Positions 1-20,531 of a DNA stretch of 64,000 bases are shown here, in pieces (position 1 is the stretch's first letter; every line of letters starts with the position of its first letter). The position numbers were made by a program, and so were the translations under genes. The notes below the pieces were generated by a model, which made no database searches, was not told the origin of the DNA, and saw nothing but the letters and a program-made list of their open reading frames with translations. Source of the stretch: the human T2T-CHM13v2.0 reference genome, Homo sapiens; the NCBI RefSeq assembly GCF_009914755.1, contig NC_060929.1. The stretch is one strand, 5' to 3'.

Positions 1-12
1 GACATGTCCCTC

Positions 13-76
13 AGTAGCATCCTCACATCTAGATTAGTAGCATCCTCACATCTAGATTAGTAGCATCCTCATATCT
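13..76. repeat. 23-bp tandem repeat, about 2.8 copies (AGTAGCATCCTCACATCTAGATT)
   Basis: Units at 13-35 and 36-58, partial unit at 59-76. Confidence 0.95.
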
Positions 77-552
77 CTCACTTTCTGTGCAGGCATCTGT
101 GTTAACCACTCCCCTGGACTTTTTGGATATCTTTCACTGGGTATGGGGCCCAGAATATCAGATTACCAGGTGAAGACACCTCGCTGTGTTATCTGAGCAG
201 AGGGCAATGTTCTCTATTTTGCTGGCCTTACTTCCTTTGATTATGTTTAATGTTTGTAGATCACTTTGCTATAAAACTCACAGACTTGTCTTCAGAAAAG
301 ACATACTTTTTTTTTTTTTGAGGTAATGGTATGTTTTCTTTTTTATTATTATACTTTAAGTTTTAGGGTACATGTGCACATTGTGCAGGTTAGTTACATA
401 TGTATACATGTGCCATGCTGGTGCACTGCACCCACTAACTCGTCATCTAGCATTAGGTATATCTCCCAATGCTATCCCTCCCCCCTCCCCCCACCCCACA
501 ACAGTCCCCAGACTGTGATATTCCCCTTCCTGTGTCCATGTGATCTCATTGT

Positions 553-4394
<3,842 letters not shown>

Positions 4395-4439
4395 TTATTT
4401 TGCTCGTTAGTTGCAGTTTCTTCCTAGTCTCGATGGTCT

Positions 4440-5480
4440 TTACATTTTGGCATGATTTTGCAGCGGCTGGTACCGGTTGTTCCTTTCCATGTTTAGCGCT
4501 TCCTTCAGGAGCTCTTTTAGGGCAGGCCTGGTGGTGACAAAATCTCTCAGCATTTGCTTGTCTGTAAAGTATTTTATTTCTCCTTTGCTTATGAAGGTTA
4601 GTTTGGCTGGATATGAAATTCTGGGTTGAAAATTCTTTTCTTTAAGAATGTTGAATATTGGCCCCCACTCTCTTCTGGCTTGTAGGGTTTCTGCCGAGAG
4701 ATCCGCTGTTAGTCTGATGGGCTTCCCTTTGAGGGTAACCCGCCCTTTCTCTCTGGCTGCCCTTAAGATTTTTTCCTTCATTTCAACTTTGGTGAATCTG
4801 ACAATTATGTGTGGTGAATCTGACAATTATGTGTCTTGGAGTTGCTCTTCTCGAGGAGTATCTTTGTGGCGTTCTCTGTATTTCCTGAATCTGAACGTTG
4901 GCCTGCCTTGCTAGATTGGGGAAGTTCTCCTGGATAATATCCTGCAGAGTGTTTTCCAACTTGGTTCCATTCTCCCCATCACTTTCAGGTACACCAATCA
5001 GATGTAGATTTGGTCTTTTCACACAGTCCCATATTTCTTGGAGGCTTTGCTTCTTTCTTTTTATTCTTTTTTCTCTAAACTTCCCTTCTCGCTTCATTTC
5101 ATTCATTTCATCTTCCATTGCTGATGCCCTTTCTTCCAGTTGATTGCATCAGCTCCTGAGGCTTCTGCATTCTTCACGTAGTTCTCGAGCCTTGGTTTTC
5201 AGCTCCATCAGCTCCTTTAAGCACTTCTCTGTATTGGTTATTCCTGTTATACATTCTTCTAAAGTTTTTTCAAAGTTTTCAACTTCTTTGCCTTTGGTTT
5301 GAATGTCCTCCTGTAGCTCAGAGTAATTTGATCGTCTGAAGCCTTCTTCTCTCAGCTCCTCAAAGTCATTCTCCATCTAGCTTTGTTCCGTTGCTGGTGA
5401 GGAACTGCGTTCCTTTGGAGGAGGAGAGGCGCTCTGCTTTTTTAGAGTTTCCAGTTTTTCTGTTCTGTTTTTTTCCCCAT
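4440..5480 (-). pseudogene. L1 copy A ORF1, disrupted
   Basis: ORF1p fragments in the ORF track. Stops near 5378 and 5150, and a 22-bp tandem duplication at 4791-4834. Confidence 0.95.
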
Positions 5481-7093
5481 CTTTGTGGTTTTATCTACTT
5501 TTGGTCTTTGATGATGGTGATGTACAGATGGGTTTTTGGTGTGGATGTCCTTTCTGTTTGTTAGTTTTCCTTCTGACAGACAGGACCCTCAGCTGCAGGT
5601 CTGTTGGAATACCCTGCAGTGTGAGGTGTCAGTGTGCCCCTGCTGGGGGGTGCCTCCCAGTTATGCTGCTCGGGGGTCAGGGGTCAGGGACCCACTTGAG
5701 GAGGCAGTCTGCCCGTTCTCAGATCTCCAGCTGCATGCTGGGAGAACCACTGCTCTCTTCAAAGCTGTCAGACAGGGACATTTAAGTCTGCAGAGGTTAC
5801 TGCTGTCTTTTTGTTTGTCTGTGCACTGCCCCCAGAGGTGGAGCCTACAGAGGCAGGCAGGCCTCCCTGAGCTGTGGTGGGCTCCACCCAGTTGGAGCTT
5901 CCGGGCTGCTTTGTTTACCTAATCAAGCCTGGGCAGTGGCGGGCGCCCCTCCCCCAGCCTTGCTGTGGCCTTGCAGTTTGATCTCAGACTGCTGTGCTAG
6001 CAATCAGCGAGAATCCGTGGGTGTAGGACCCTCCAAGCCAGGTGCGGGATATAATCTGGTGCGCCGTTTTTTAAGCCTGTCGGAAAAGCGCAGTATTCCG
6101 GTGGGAGTGACCCGATTTTCCAGGTGCCGTCCGTCACCCCTTTCTTTGACTCAGAAAGGGAACTCCCTGACCCCTTGCGCTTCCCAAGTGAGGCAATGCC
6201 TCGCCCTACTTCGGCTGGCGCACGGTGCGTGCACCCACTGACCTGCGCCCACTGTCTGGCACTCCCTAGTGAGATGAACCCGGTACCTCAGATGGAAATG
6301 CAGAAATCACCGTCTTCTGTGTCACTCAGGCTGGGAGCTGTAGACTGGAGCTGTTCCTATTCGGCCATCTTGGCTCCTCCCAGAAAAGACATTCTTAAGG
6401 GGTAAGGGGTAACAGCTCAAATGAAATGATTCATGACATCAGGGACTGGCATTTATAGAAGGGCAGGCAGGAAACCAGCTGGATGAATAGAGTTGGGGTC
6501 TGCGGGAAAGCTCTGCTCCAACTGGGAAACACATATACATTTTTAGCTTGAGTGATCCTGAGACATGCAACCCCTAGGTGTCCCTGTGGCAGAACCAAGC
6601 CAACCATTAAAGAACCCAAGTTAATAACTAGCCCAGTCTCTGTCTATATGTATAACTGAAGCACCAGCTCTCCCTTTAAGACTAACAAATCATATCTACT
6701 GTCGTGGAACCCACAGAAGTATACTATGGCCTTCTCATGGAAGAGGGAATATGCAGTGAAGTGTTGAGACCTTCTCTCACTTTTCATACTTAAGGCATTT
6801 TAAGGGTTCAAGAGACACTTTTAGAAAAATCTCTGTTTTATAGTTTACATAATTACCTTTCTAGGTTAGGGGTATTTGACTTAGGTTATAGGGCTTCAGA
6901 AAATCTGTGACCCCTTTGAACCTGTATTTGGACAATGGATGTGTGTCTATTTTGGGGGAGACAGTTCAAGCTTTTATCAGATTCTCACACATATCTGAGA
7001 TACAGGAAAGGGTAAGAGGCACTGTTCTGGACCATTTCCCTAAACTGCCTTGAGACAATCCTTGGTTCAATCCAACTTTCTGAAGTTTGAGAA

Positions 7094-7402
<309 letters not shown>

Positions 7403-7968
7403 AAGAAATTTAAGGATGCGGATTTGGATGCCTTCTGAGAATTGTCATTTATCCTTAGACCCTGACCCTCTCCTTACTCCTCAAATAAAAATTAAAAAAT
7501 CAACCTAGGTTGCAAAATATGAGATTAAAAAAATTAACTGTATAGTTTTAGATAACATAGGACAACAGAATCAAGAAAGCATCCAAATTAAATTAATGGG
7601 CTTAAAGGAAGGAGAGGGCTCTTATTGAGCAAGAATGGCAAAAATTCAGATAATATAAAAAGTTCAATATGCAAATGATATCCATAAAAGAAGAAAGTAA
7701 AAGATGAACAGTGACAGGGAGAAAGCCAAAGTTTAAGAGGGGAAGAAACCATTGACGCCCCTGGGCCAGTTTCCTCATTTATATCCACAAATAGGAGACC
7801 ATTAGAGCACCCAGAACAGTGCACAGGGTAAGGCCTCAGGAAATAATTACTAGTAGTAGTAGCAGGAGGAGTATATTAAGGTAACCAGGATGTTGAGGAA
7901 AAAAAATCAGAAATAAAAAATTTAGCAAGGAAGGTTAAGATACATTTTCTATAAAATCTGAGACTAGA

Positions 7969-8304
7969 GCTTGCAAACATTATGCTAAGTGAAGGAAGCC
8001 AATCACAAAGGTCCACATACTGTAGGATTCCATTCATAGGAAATGTCCAGAACAGGCAAATCCATAGAGGCTGAAGATAGATTAGTGGCTGCCTAGGCTG
8101 GGGGTGGGGGACAGAGAAGGGACAGCTGGAGAGTGAAGGCTGCAGTGTATGAGGTTTCTTTTTGGGTGATGAAAATGTTCTAAAATCAACTGTGGTGATG
8201 ACTATACAACCGTGAAAATACAAAATACCATGAAATTGTACACTTTAAATGGTGAATTGTATGGTATGGTATGTGAATTTTTATATCTTGATAAAGCTGT
8301 TCAA
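7969..8304 (+). mobile_element. Old L1 3' end (L1MB-like)
   Basis: Starts AAACATTATGCTAAGTGAAGGAAGCCA... Flanking direct repeat AAAATCTGAGACT(A/G)GA at 7953-7968 and 8305-8320. Confidence 0.85.
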
Positions 8305-9805
8305 AAAATCTGAGACTGGAAGACCCTTTAGTTAAGAAAAATCTGAAGTATCCTATAGATTTCTCTAAGGAAACCCTCCATCTTGCATAAATTCTATTAT
8401 GTAGGTATTTCCTTTGCCTTGCCACATCTTCGTCTAACGGAGTGATTTTTCAGATACATATAAGGCATGTCTTAAAAACAGCTGACATAGGTATATTTTG
8501 ATAAATGAATTCAACATTGAAGTCACAGATTTTTAGCAGATAAACCAGTGTTTAGAAAAATATTGGAGCCATTTATTACCTCCATCTCTCATGCCTATTC
8601 TCCCATCACCTACCAGCTACATAATGCAAAGAGCAAGCCTTTGGAAGCGGTGAATTGTAAGGAAGGGGCCGCCTTATTTTCTAGGATGGTGCATATTTTC
8701 CCTTCATCTCCCAATTTCTGCTTTACTGACTCTTCCCAGATGTAAGTCCTTAAATGCCTATAAATTCTATTTTACAACTTTTCTGCTGCTCCTACGTGCC
8801 AGCATTTCATATAAGTTATATTAGCCATTTTCCCTCGGAGCCCTAAAAGACTTTGAACCTCACTACTTATTCCAACTTTCTATTTATAATAGCATCGCTA
8901 GAGGTGAAGCAATGATGAAATAATGAGTAGAAAACATTTCATTTTCTTCTTGTAATCTGACTTCAATCTTCACAAACAGATTATACATTTTCATAAGTGG
9001 CACATCTAAGAATTAAACTTTTTTTTTTAGTATCCAAACTAAAAGCTTCAAAAGCATATTATTTCTCTTTCGTGTTTTACAAGCACCAACATAACCTTCT
9101 TCTCACATATCCATCACAGTGTAAATCTATCCCTCTAACTCTGTAATGATGGATTGCAAAGAAACCGCTTTATCCCAAACAATCTCACAGCGTTCCTATC
9201 TCTTCAAGAAAGGAGGCGGGCAGTGGTGAGGCACGCCACAGAAACATACATTCCATGAAGAATGAGGAGGACGGCAAAGCCTGAAGACCTGACAGGGGTG
9301 TTTTCTTATCTTCCCCCAAATCTGCTGCACCTGTCAAAAAAAGTGAGGCAAAGAATTGAGGGAGAGCCACAAATAATTGAAGAGAAAAATCAGTGTTTTC
9401 CTTTCTGGGTTGCAAAATAAGGTTTACCAATCTGAATTATCTTGATGGTAGTTTTAAAGAAATTTGTCTCACAAGTGTGTACAGCCACATGAGGACTGAT
9501 TAACCTTCACAACCATTCGTGAAAGGAGGGAAAGGTTTCTGACAATTTTGGATTAAAAGATTCCTCCTAAGGAATTGGTAACATAATGACTCAGTAAACT
9601 GAAGACTCAAATGCAGAGGAAGAGTAACTAAATGAGAAGAAAAAAAGAAAGGCTATGTAAAGTCACTTGAAAATGAAGAATGATTTTTCTGGCTTCTGAT
9701 AGGGTGCTGTAGCCAAAAGCTTTGCTTTCCAACTAGAGTACAAAGAGACACAGGAAAGAAGTGCCACTCTACTCTTCCAGCACTTGATCTGGCACAGCTC
9801 AGGGT

Positions 9806-10150
9806 GTTTTTTAAAACAGACTTTATTTTTTAGAGCAGTTTTTGGTTCACAGCAAAATTGAATGGAAAGCACAGAGGGTTCTCATATATCCCTGTCTCCC
9901 CCTGTCCCCTACAGTCCCCTCTACTGTCAACAGCCCACACCACAGTGGTACATGTGTCACTAGTGATGAACCTACCTTGACACATCATCACCAAAGCTCA
10001 TACCTTACATTAGAGTTAACTCTTGTGTTGAACGTTCTATGGGTTTTGATATAATGACATGAATCCACCATTATAGTGCAGACTAGTTTCACTGCCCTAA
10101 AAATCCTCTGTGCTCCACCTTTTCATCCTTCCCTCCTTGCTAACTCTCTG
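9806..10150 (-). mobile_element. Old L1 3' end (L1MC1/2-like)
   Basis: AGACTTTATTTTTTAGAGCAGTTTT...TTCACTGCCCTAAAAATCCTCTGTGCTCC. Confidence 0.8.
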
Positions 10151-10347
10151 ATTTAATAGACGAATCTGGTGTCAAGAGGAAATAAGGGCTTTACTCATAA
10201 TTTTTTTTTCCATCTTCCCCCTTCTGAAGCACATGTAGTTTCTTGGAAAGGCTTATCGGCAAAGAAACCCTCAGCTCTATGTGTGCATAGGTTCATGCCA
10301 ATGAGCAAATGCAAGAAAGTACTTTAGAGCCAGGAAGGAAGCCAGGT

Positions 10348-11068
<721 letters not shown>

Positions 11069-14000
11069 CACCTGCATTATTCTTTTGCCTTCTCCACTTA
11101 CTAGCCCTGAGGCTGAAAGTATTTAAGATCAATGAAGAGTGACTTAGGTCTGAGTTGCAGCTTCCTTATCTACAGAATACGATAATATCTGCTATGAGAA
11201 GGATACCTGAGACATTGAAATAAGATGATTATATAAAGTGTATACAAGCACAACATAACTTTCTTCTCACATATCCATCACAGTGCAAATCTAACCCCTT
11301 AACTCTGTAAAACTAGATTGCAAAGAATATTGCATGTAATATTTTTCCTTTGCCTCAGAAATGGGTAAACAAAATTTAAGAAGAAAAAACTCTGGGGTGT
11401 GAACATCTTGATAAACATAGATGGACTCACGTTAATTAATGCCACTGGACTGGAATCAAGATCTGTGCCTATTCTGGAAAGTAAAATTCTTTGCACAAAC
11501 AGGCATAGCAGGTCTCATTCAGTGAATAAACAACCACCGATCTCCCTGTGCCTAACTGAAGATACTTCTCTCTGCTCACTCGTTTACAACTGATTGTTAG
11601 GCAGTGTGAGGGATTAGCTATAATCATGTATTGTTCTCAATATTTCACACATTAGTCATTTAAAACTATGTATTCTTTCTTTGGAGTTAAAAGTCAGTTG
11701 TTGACACTTAAAACTGAAGATGCTTGTGGAGGGCTGGCAGGAGCCCTCAGCAGGGAGCGTTATGCATATTCTATAACTCTGCTTCTGAAATCTGCACCAG
11801 GGCTTCTGCAATTTATGTCTCCCTTCAGCTCAACCAGGTGCCTTGTACCCAACACAGGGCAATTCCTGAGAGTTAATTGTGCCTTGTTATTTCAGCAGGA
11901 CTTAGGATGAAGGTGATTACCAGCTGTAGTTATTCAGTGACATTTCAATTCTCCTCTCTCAGACTCCCCCTTACAAAGCTTTTCTGCCAGCAGCCCAAGA
12001 CACCTTGACTTCCACCACCCCAACACCCATGGAATAACTTCTAATTGTCTGCCTTTCAAAGAAGTGAACTCCATAGCTGTCAACATTTGCTGTACTAATT
12101 GTTTGTACATTTGGAGTTAGCTGAAAGGGTCCGGAATCTTTCAAGATGATCTGTCTCTTCTGTTAACTTCCTCTTATTCTTGGTCCACATGTGCTTAAGG
12201 AAAACCTGGCTGGATTTCCTCCCTATTTGAGAACACCTAGGGATGAATCAGTGAAGACCACGGTTTTCTCCCTGGCCCCAACAGGCTATTCCTTTGAAGG
12301 CGTTTGTTAATTCTGGGTAGTGAATACACACCTGTTTGTTATAGTATTCTTTGTCCTCTTCTGTATTTTTAAAAACATAGATTAAAATGAACATGTTATA
12401 TGAAGCAATTATTGGTGTTTTGCATCTTTGTGTTTCTGCTCACAGAAGTCCTTGGAAAGATGAAGAGGGCTGCTATCAAGGTGGACAGAGGTCCTCTTGA
12501 GAATGTGGGTTCTCATTTGTATCCAACCCAAGTTCACAGCAAGGATCAGAACAATTGAAAATAACAGAATCTGGTTATGGAATTCTTTTTATACACAGAA
12601 CTGGATTTTCCCTCCAAATTAATCCTTTACCAGCAGTGGATGGGCTAAAAACACAGACACTGAGCAGTTAGCTCACTTCCATCTGGCACGGTCATGTGAA
12701 CACTTCGGTTGGTGGTTTGCTTTTTTAATGAAGTGATTTTTAATGAAGCAAGCTGTGAATTTAATAGATACCTTCAAACAGCTTCTTTGTATTTAAGCTT
12801 TAAGTAACAAAGCAGCTGTCAAATTTGCCACCAAAACAAGAGACAAATTCAAGACTGGACGACTGCAGGATCAAGGATTGTTGGGGTGTGGTCATCAGAC
12901 AATGTCATCTCCACTGCTGGCACAAAGTATGGTTCCACGAGTCCACGTGGAGGCAGGTGGCCTGAGGGATGGTCTGCTCAGCGACCTTGTCAGAGGTCAA
13001 GAAAGTGCTTGGCTGACACTACAGCATACTCAGGCACAAGATGTTATAATTGTATTCTCACCACTGTCCATGCTGGTACACTGTCTTTTAGAGGTTCATT
13101 TACCTTGTGATTTTGAATCAGTCATTTCAGCTCACTTATAATGTGGGCACAATAGGAAGGAGATCAGTAGGTTCGGTCTATAATACTCTGAAAGGAAGAT
13201 GAGGTGTTGGTAGAAAGAAATGCACAGTGTATTAGAGAACTCTTTTAAAGGTGAGAGAAGTCACCCAGTCCTGGAACCTCAACTGTAAATGCAGGAAGGA
13301 ATGCAAGATGGTGGAGGGCTAGGTGTGTACAAGCAAAAGGCAAGGCCTGGGGAAATAGAGAGAGCATGTCCCACCCAAAGGCATTCAAATTCCTCAATAA
13401 AAGTATTGATCCAACACAATGCACTTATGACATGCTATGATACTAGTCCAACTACCTTACTCACTAGGCTGCGTTCATGGGTTAGAATGAACAAAGGGGC
13501 TTGTCTGCCTTCATATAAAGAATGGAGTGGTGGTCCTCATGCCTATAAATCTTCTTGAATCACTTTATATTGCTGATCAAAGTGAATGCTCTGAAACCAA
13601 AACTCATAGTTTTACTTCAATGAATATTAAAAATCAAAACCAAACCAAATCCATTATAATAACAGTCCAGCAATGTCTCCACCTAAGTCTCGTGTGTGTA
13701 TATATATATAAAATCTCTATATAATCTATCTGTATATATTAGCAGCTAAGTGAATTCTTGAATCTATTAAATAGCAAGTGCCAAGGTACAAAGTGGTTTC
13801 TTCATAGCAGTTCAACTCTGCTCCCTATGGTACACCTGGAGATTACACTGAATCCTGGGCACACTTTATTTTATTTATTTATTTATTATTATACTTTTAA
13901 GTTTCAGGGTACATGTGCACAATGGGCAGGTTAGTTACATATGTATACATGTGCCATGCTGGTGCGCCGCACCTACTAACTCGTCATCTAGCATTAGGTA

Positions 14001-14093
14001 TATCTCCCAATGCTATCCCTCCCCCCTCCCCCCACCCCACAACAGTCCCCAGACTGTGATGTTCCCCTCCCTGTGTCCATGTGTTCACATTGT

Positions 14094-17922
<3,829 letters not shown>

Positions 17923-17985
17923 TATGATGTTAGCTGATTATTTTGCTCGTTAGTTGATGCAGTTTCTTCCTAGTCTCGATGGTCT

Positions 17986-19002
17986 TTACATTTTGGCATG
18001 ATTTTGCAGCGGCTGGTACCGGTTGTTCCTTTCCATATTTAGCACTTCCTTCAGGAGCTCTTTTAGGGCAGGCCTGGTGGTGACAAAATCTCTCAGCATT
18101 TGCTTGTCTGTAAAGTATTCTATTTCTCCTTCACTTATGAAGGTTAGTTTGGCTGGATATGAAATTCTGGGTTGAAAATTCTTTTCTTTAAGAATGTTGA
18201 ATATCGGCCCCCACCCTCTTCTGGCTTGTAGAGTTTCTGCCGACAGATCTGCTGTTAGTCTAATGGGCTTCTCTTTGAGGGTAACCCGCCCTTTCTCTCT
18301 GGCTGCCCTTAAGATTTTTTCCTTCATTGCAACTTTGGTGAATCTGACAATTATGTGTCTTGGAGTTGCTCTTCTCGAGGAGTATCTTTGTGGTGTTCTC
18401 TGTATTTCCTGAATCTGAATGTTGGCCTGCCTTGCTAGATTGGGGAGGTTCTCCTGGATAATATCCTGCAGAATGTTTTCCAACTTGGTTCCATTCTCCC
18501 TGTCACTTTCAGGTACACCAATCAGACATAGATTTGGTCTTTTCACATAGTCCCATATTTCTTGGAGGCTTTGCTCGTTTCTTTTTATTCTTTTTTCTCT
18601 AAACTTCCCTTCTTGCTTCATTTCATTCATTTCATCTTCCATCAATGGTATCCTTTCTTCCAGTTGATCGCATCGGCTCCTGAGGCTTCTGCATTCTTCA
18701 TGTTGCTCTCGAGCCTTGGTTTTCAGCTCCATCAGCTCCTTTAAGCACTTCTCTGTATTGGTTATTCCTGTTATACATTCTTCTAAAGTTTTTTCAAAGT
18801 TTTCAACTTCTTTGCCTTTGGTTTGAATGTCCTCCTGTAGCTCAGAGTAATTCGATCGTCTGAAGCCTTCTTCTCTCAGCTCCTCAAAGTCATTCTCCAT
18901 CCAGCTTTGTTCCGTTGCTGGTGAGGACCTGCGTTCCTTTGGAGGAGGAGAGGTGCTCTGCTTTTTAGAGTTTCCAGTTTTTCTGCTGTGTTTCTTCCCC
19001 AA
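17986..19002 (-). pseudogene. L1 copy B ORF1: 338-codon open frame with start codon mutated to TTG
   Basis: The plus strand reads CCCCAAG at 18997-19003 where copy A has CCCCATC. No internal stops. Confidence 0.9.
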
Positions 19003-19456
19003 GTTTGTGGTTTTATCTACTTTTGGTCTTTGATGATGGTGATGTACAGATGGGTTTTTGGTGTGGATGTCCTTTCTGTTTGTTAGTTTTCCTTCTGACA
19101 GACAGGACCCTCAGCTGCAGGTCTGTTGGAGTACCCGGCCGTGTGAGGTGTCAGTCTGCCCCTGCTGGGGGTGCCTCCCAGTTAGGCTGCTCGGGGGTCA
19201 GGGGTCAGGGACCCACTTGAGGAGGCAGTCTGCCCGTTCTCAGATCTCCAGCTGCATGCTGGGAGAACCACTGCTCTTTTCAAAGCTGTCAGACAGGGAC
19301 ATTTAAGTCTGCAGAGGTTACTGCTGTCTTTTTGTTTGTCTGTGCCCTGCACGCAGAAGTGGAGCCTATAGAGGCAGGCAGGCCTCCTTGAGCTGTGGTG
19401 GGCTCCACCCAGTTCAAGCTTCCTGGCTGCTTTGTTTACCTAATCAAGCCTGGGCA

Positions 19457-19756
19457 ATGGCGGGCGCCCCTCCCCCAGCCTCGCTGTCGCCTTGCAGTTT
19501 GATCTCAGACTGCTGTGCTAGCAATCAGCGACACTCCGTGGGCGTAGGACCCTCCGAGCCACGCACAGGATATAATCTCCTGGTGCGCTGTTTTTTAAGC
19601 CCATCGGAAAATCGCAGTATTCGGGTGGGAGTGACTCGATTTTCCAGGTGTCGTCTGTCACCACTTTCTTTGACTAGGAAAGGGAACTCCCTGACCCCTT
19701 GCACTTCCCAATGCCTCACCCTGCTTTGGCTCGCACACGGTGCCCGCACCCACTGA
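19457..19756 (+). CDS. L1 antisense ORF0-like frame in the copy B 5'UTR (99 aa, MAGAPPPASLSPCSLISDCCASNQ...)
   Basis: ATG in gcaATGg. The N-terminus matches recalled primate L1 ORF0. Expression is unknown. Confidence 0.55.
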   Translation: MAGAPPPASLSPCSLISDCCASNQRHSVGVGPSEPRTGYNLLVRCFLSPSENRSIRVGVTRFSRCRLSPLSLTRKGNSLTPCTSQCLTLLWLAHGARTH

Positions 19757-20531
19757 CCTGGGCCCACTGTCTGGCACTCCCTAGTGAGATGAACCTGGTA
19801 CCTCAGATGGAAATGCAGAAATCACCCGTCTTCTGCGTTGCTCACGCTGGGAGCTGTAGACCGGAGCTGTTCCTATTCTCTGGGCACACTTTAAAACCAT
19901 TGTCCTCCAGTGACTTCATAAAAAAGGTTAATAAATAAAAAAGTTTGAAAAAAAAATCCTTAATCCTCATCTCCCTAGCTTTATATCCTATTATTCTGGG
20001 TAAGTGCTATGTGTGAAAACATGCTCAGTTTCAATTTAGCTAAACCTCTGACTCACAGGGAACAGCTTTTAAATTGTTCATACAGTTCTTATCAATCAGC
20101 TGGTTGTGTGTAGAGGAAATAGGAATACGGAAACTTAATCACTTCTACTGTGAAAAATCACTGTGGCTCCCTGATCAGAGGAAAAAATCAGATCCTAGAA
20201 GGCCTTTCCTCCAGATTCCCACTATTTCCTGGCTGTTTCATTTAAATCACAACATTGTTGAGCTGATCTATAACTTCACGAGTTTTCCAGGCAAGGGTGG
20301 ATGTTATGAATACATGTCTTAGGAGAGTCTCAAAGCCTAGTGGCAAATATTCCATCACTAGAAACTGATGTTACAAGCATGCTATTTGCTTGTCGTAAGA
20401 TGGGCTTCCTTGGCAAACTGGTCAACCAGAAATGCATTAATGGCAAAAGGCTGGAGTCAAGGCACAAATTTTAGGGGAACAAGTCATGGTATTTTTATGT
20501 GTTACCTCTGCTCCTCCTTTTTGCTATCTAC

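Noticed and set aside
13-76. Repeat array resembling CRISPR
   Set aside because: Head-to-tail 23-mers with no spacers, in primate DNA.
5936-6241. ORF0 in L1 copy A
   Set aside because: The start codon is GTG rather than ATG.
12860-13140. GC-balanced, coding-looking stretch (possible pseudogene or missing exon)
   Set aside because: No recognisable protein in the frames I read, stops in the minus-strand frames, and no match to the MARCH3 transmembrane region.
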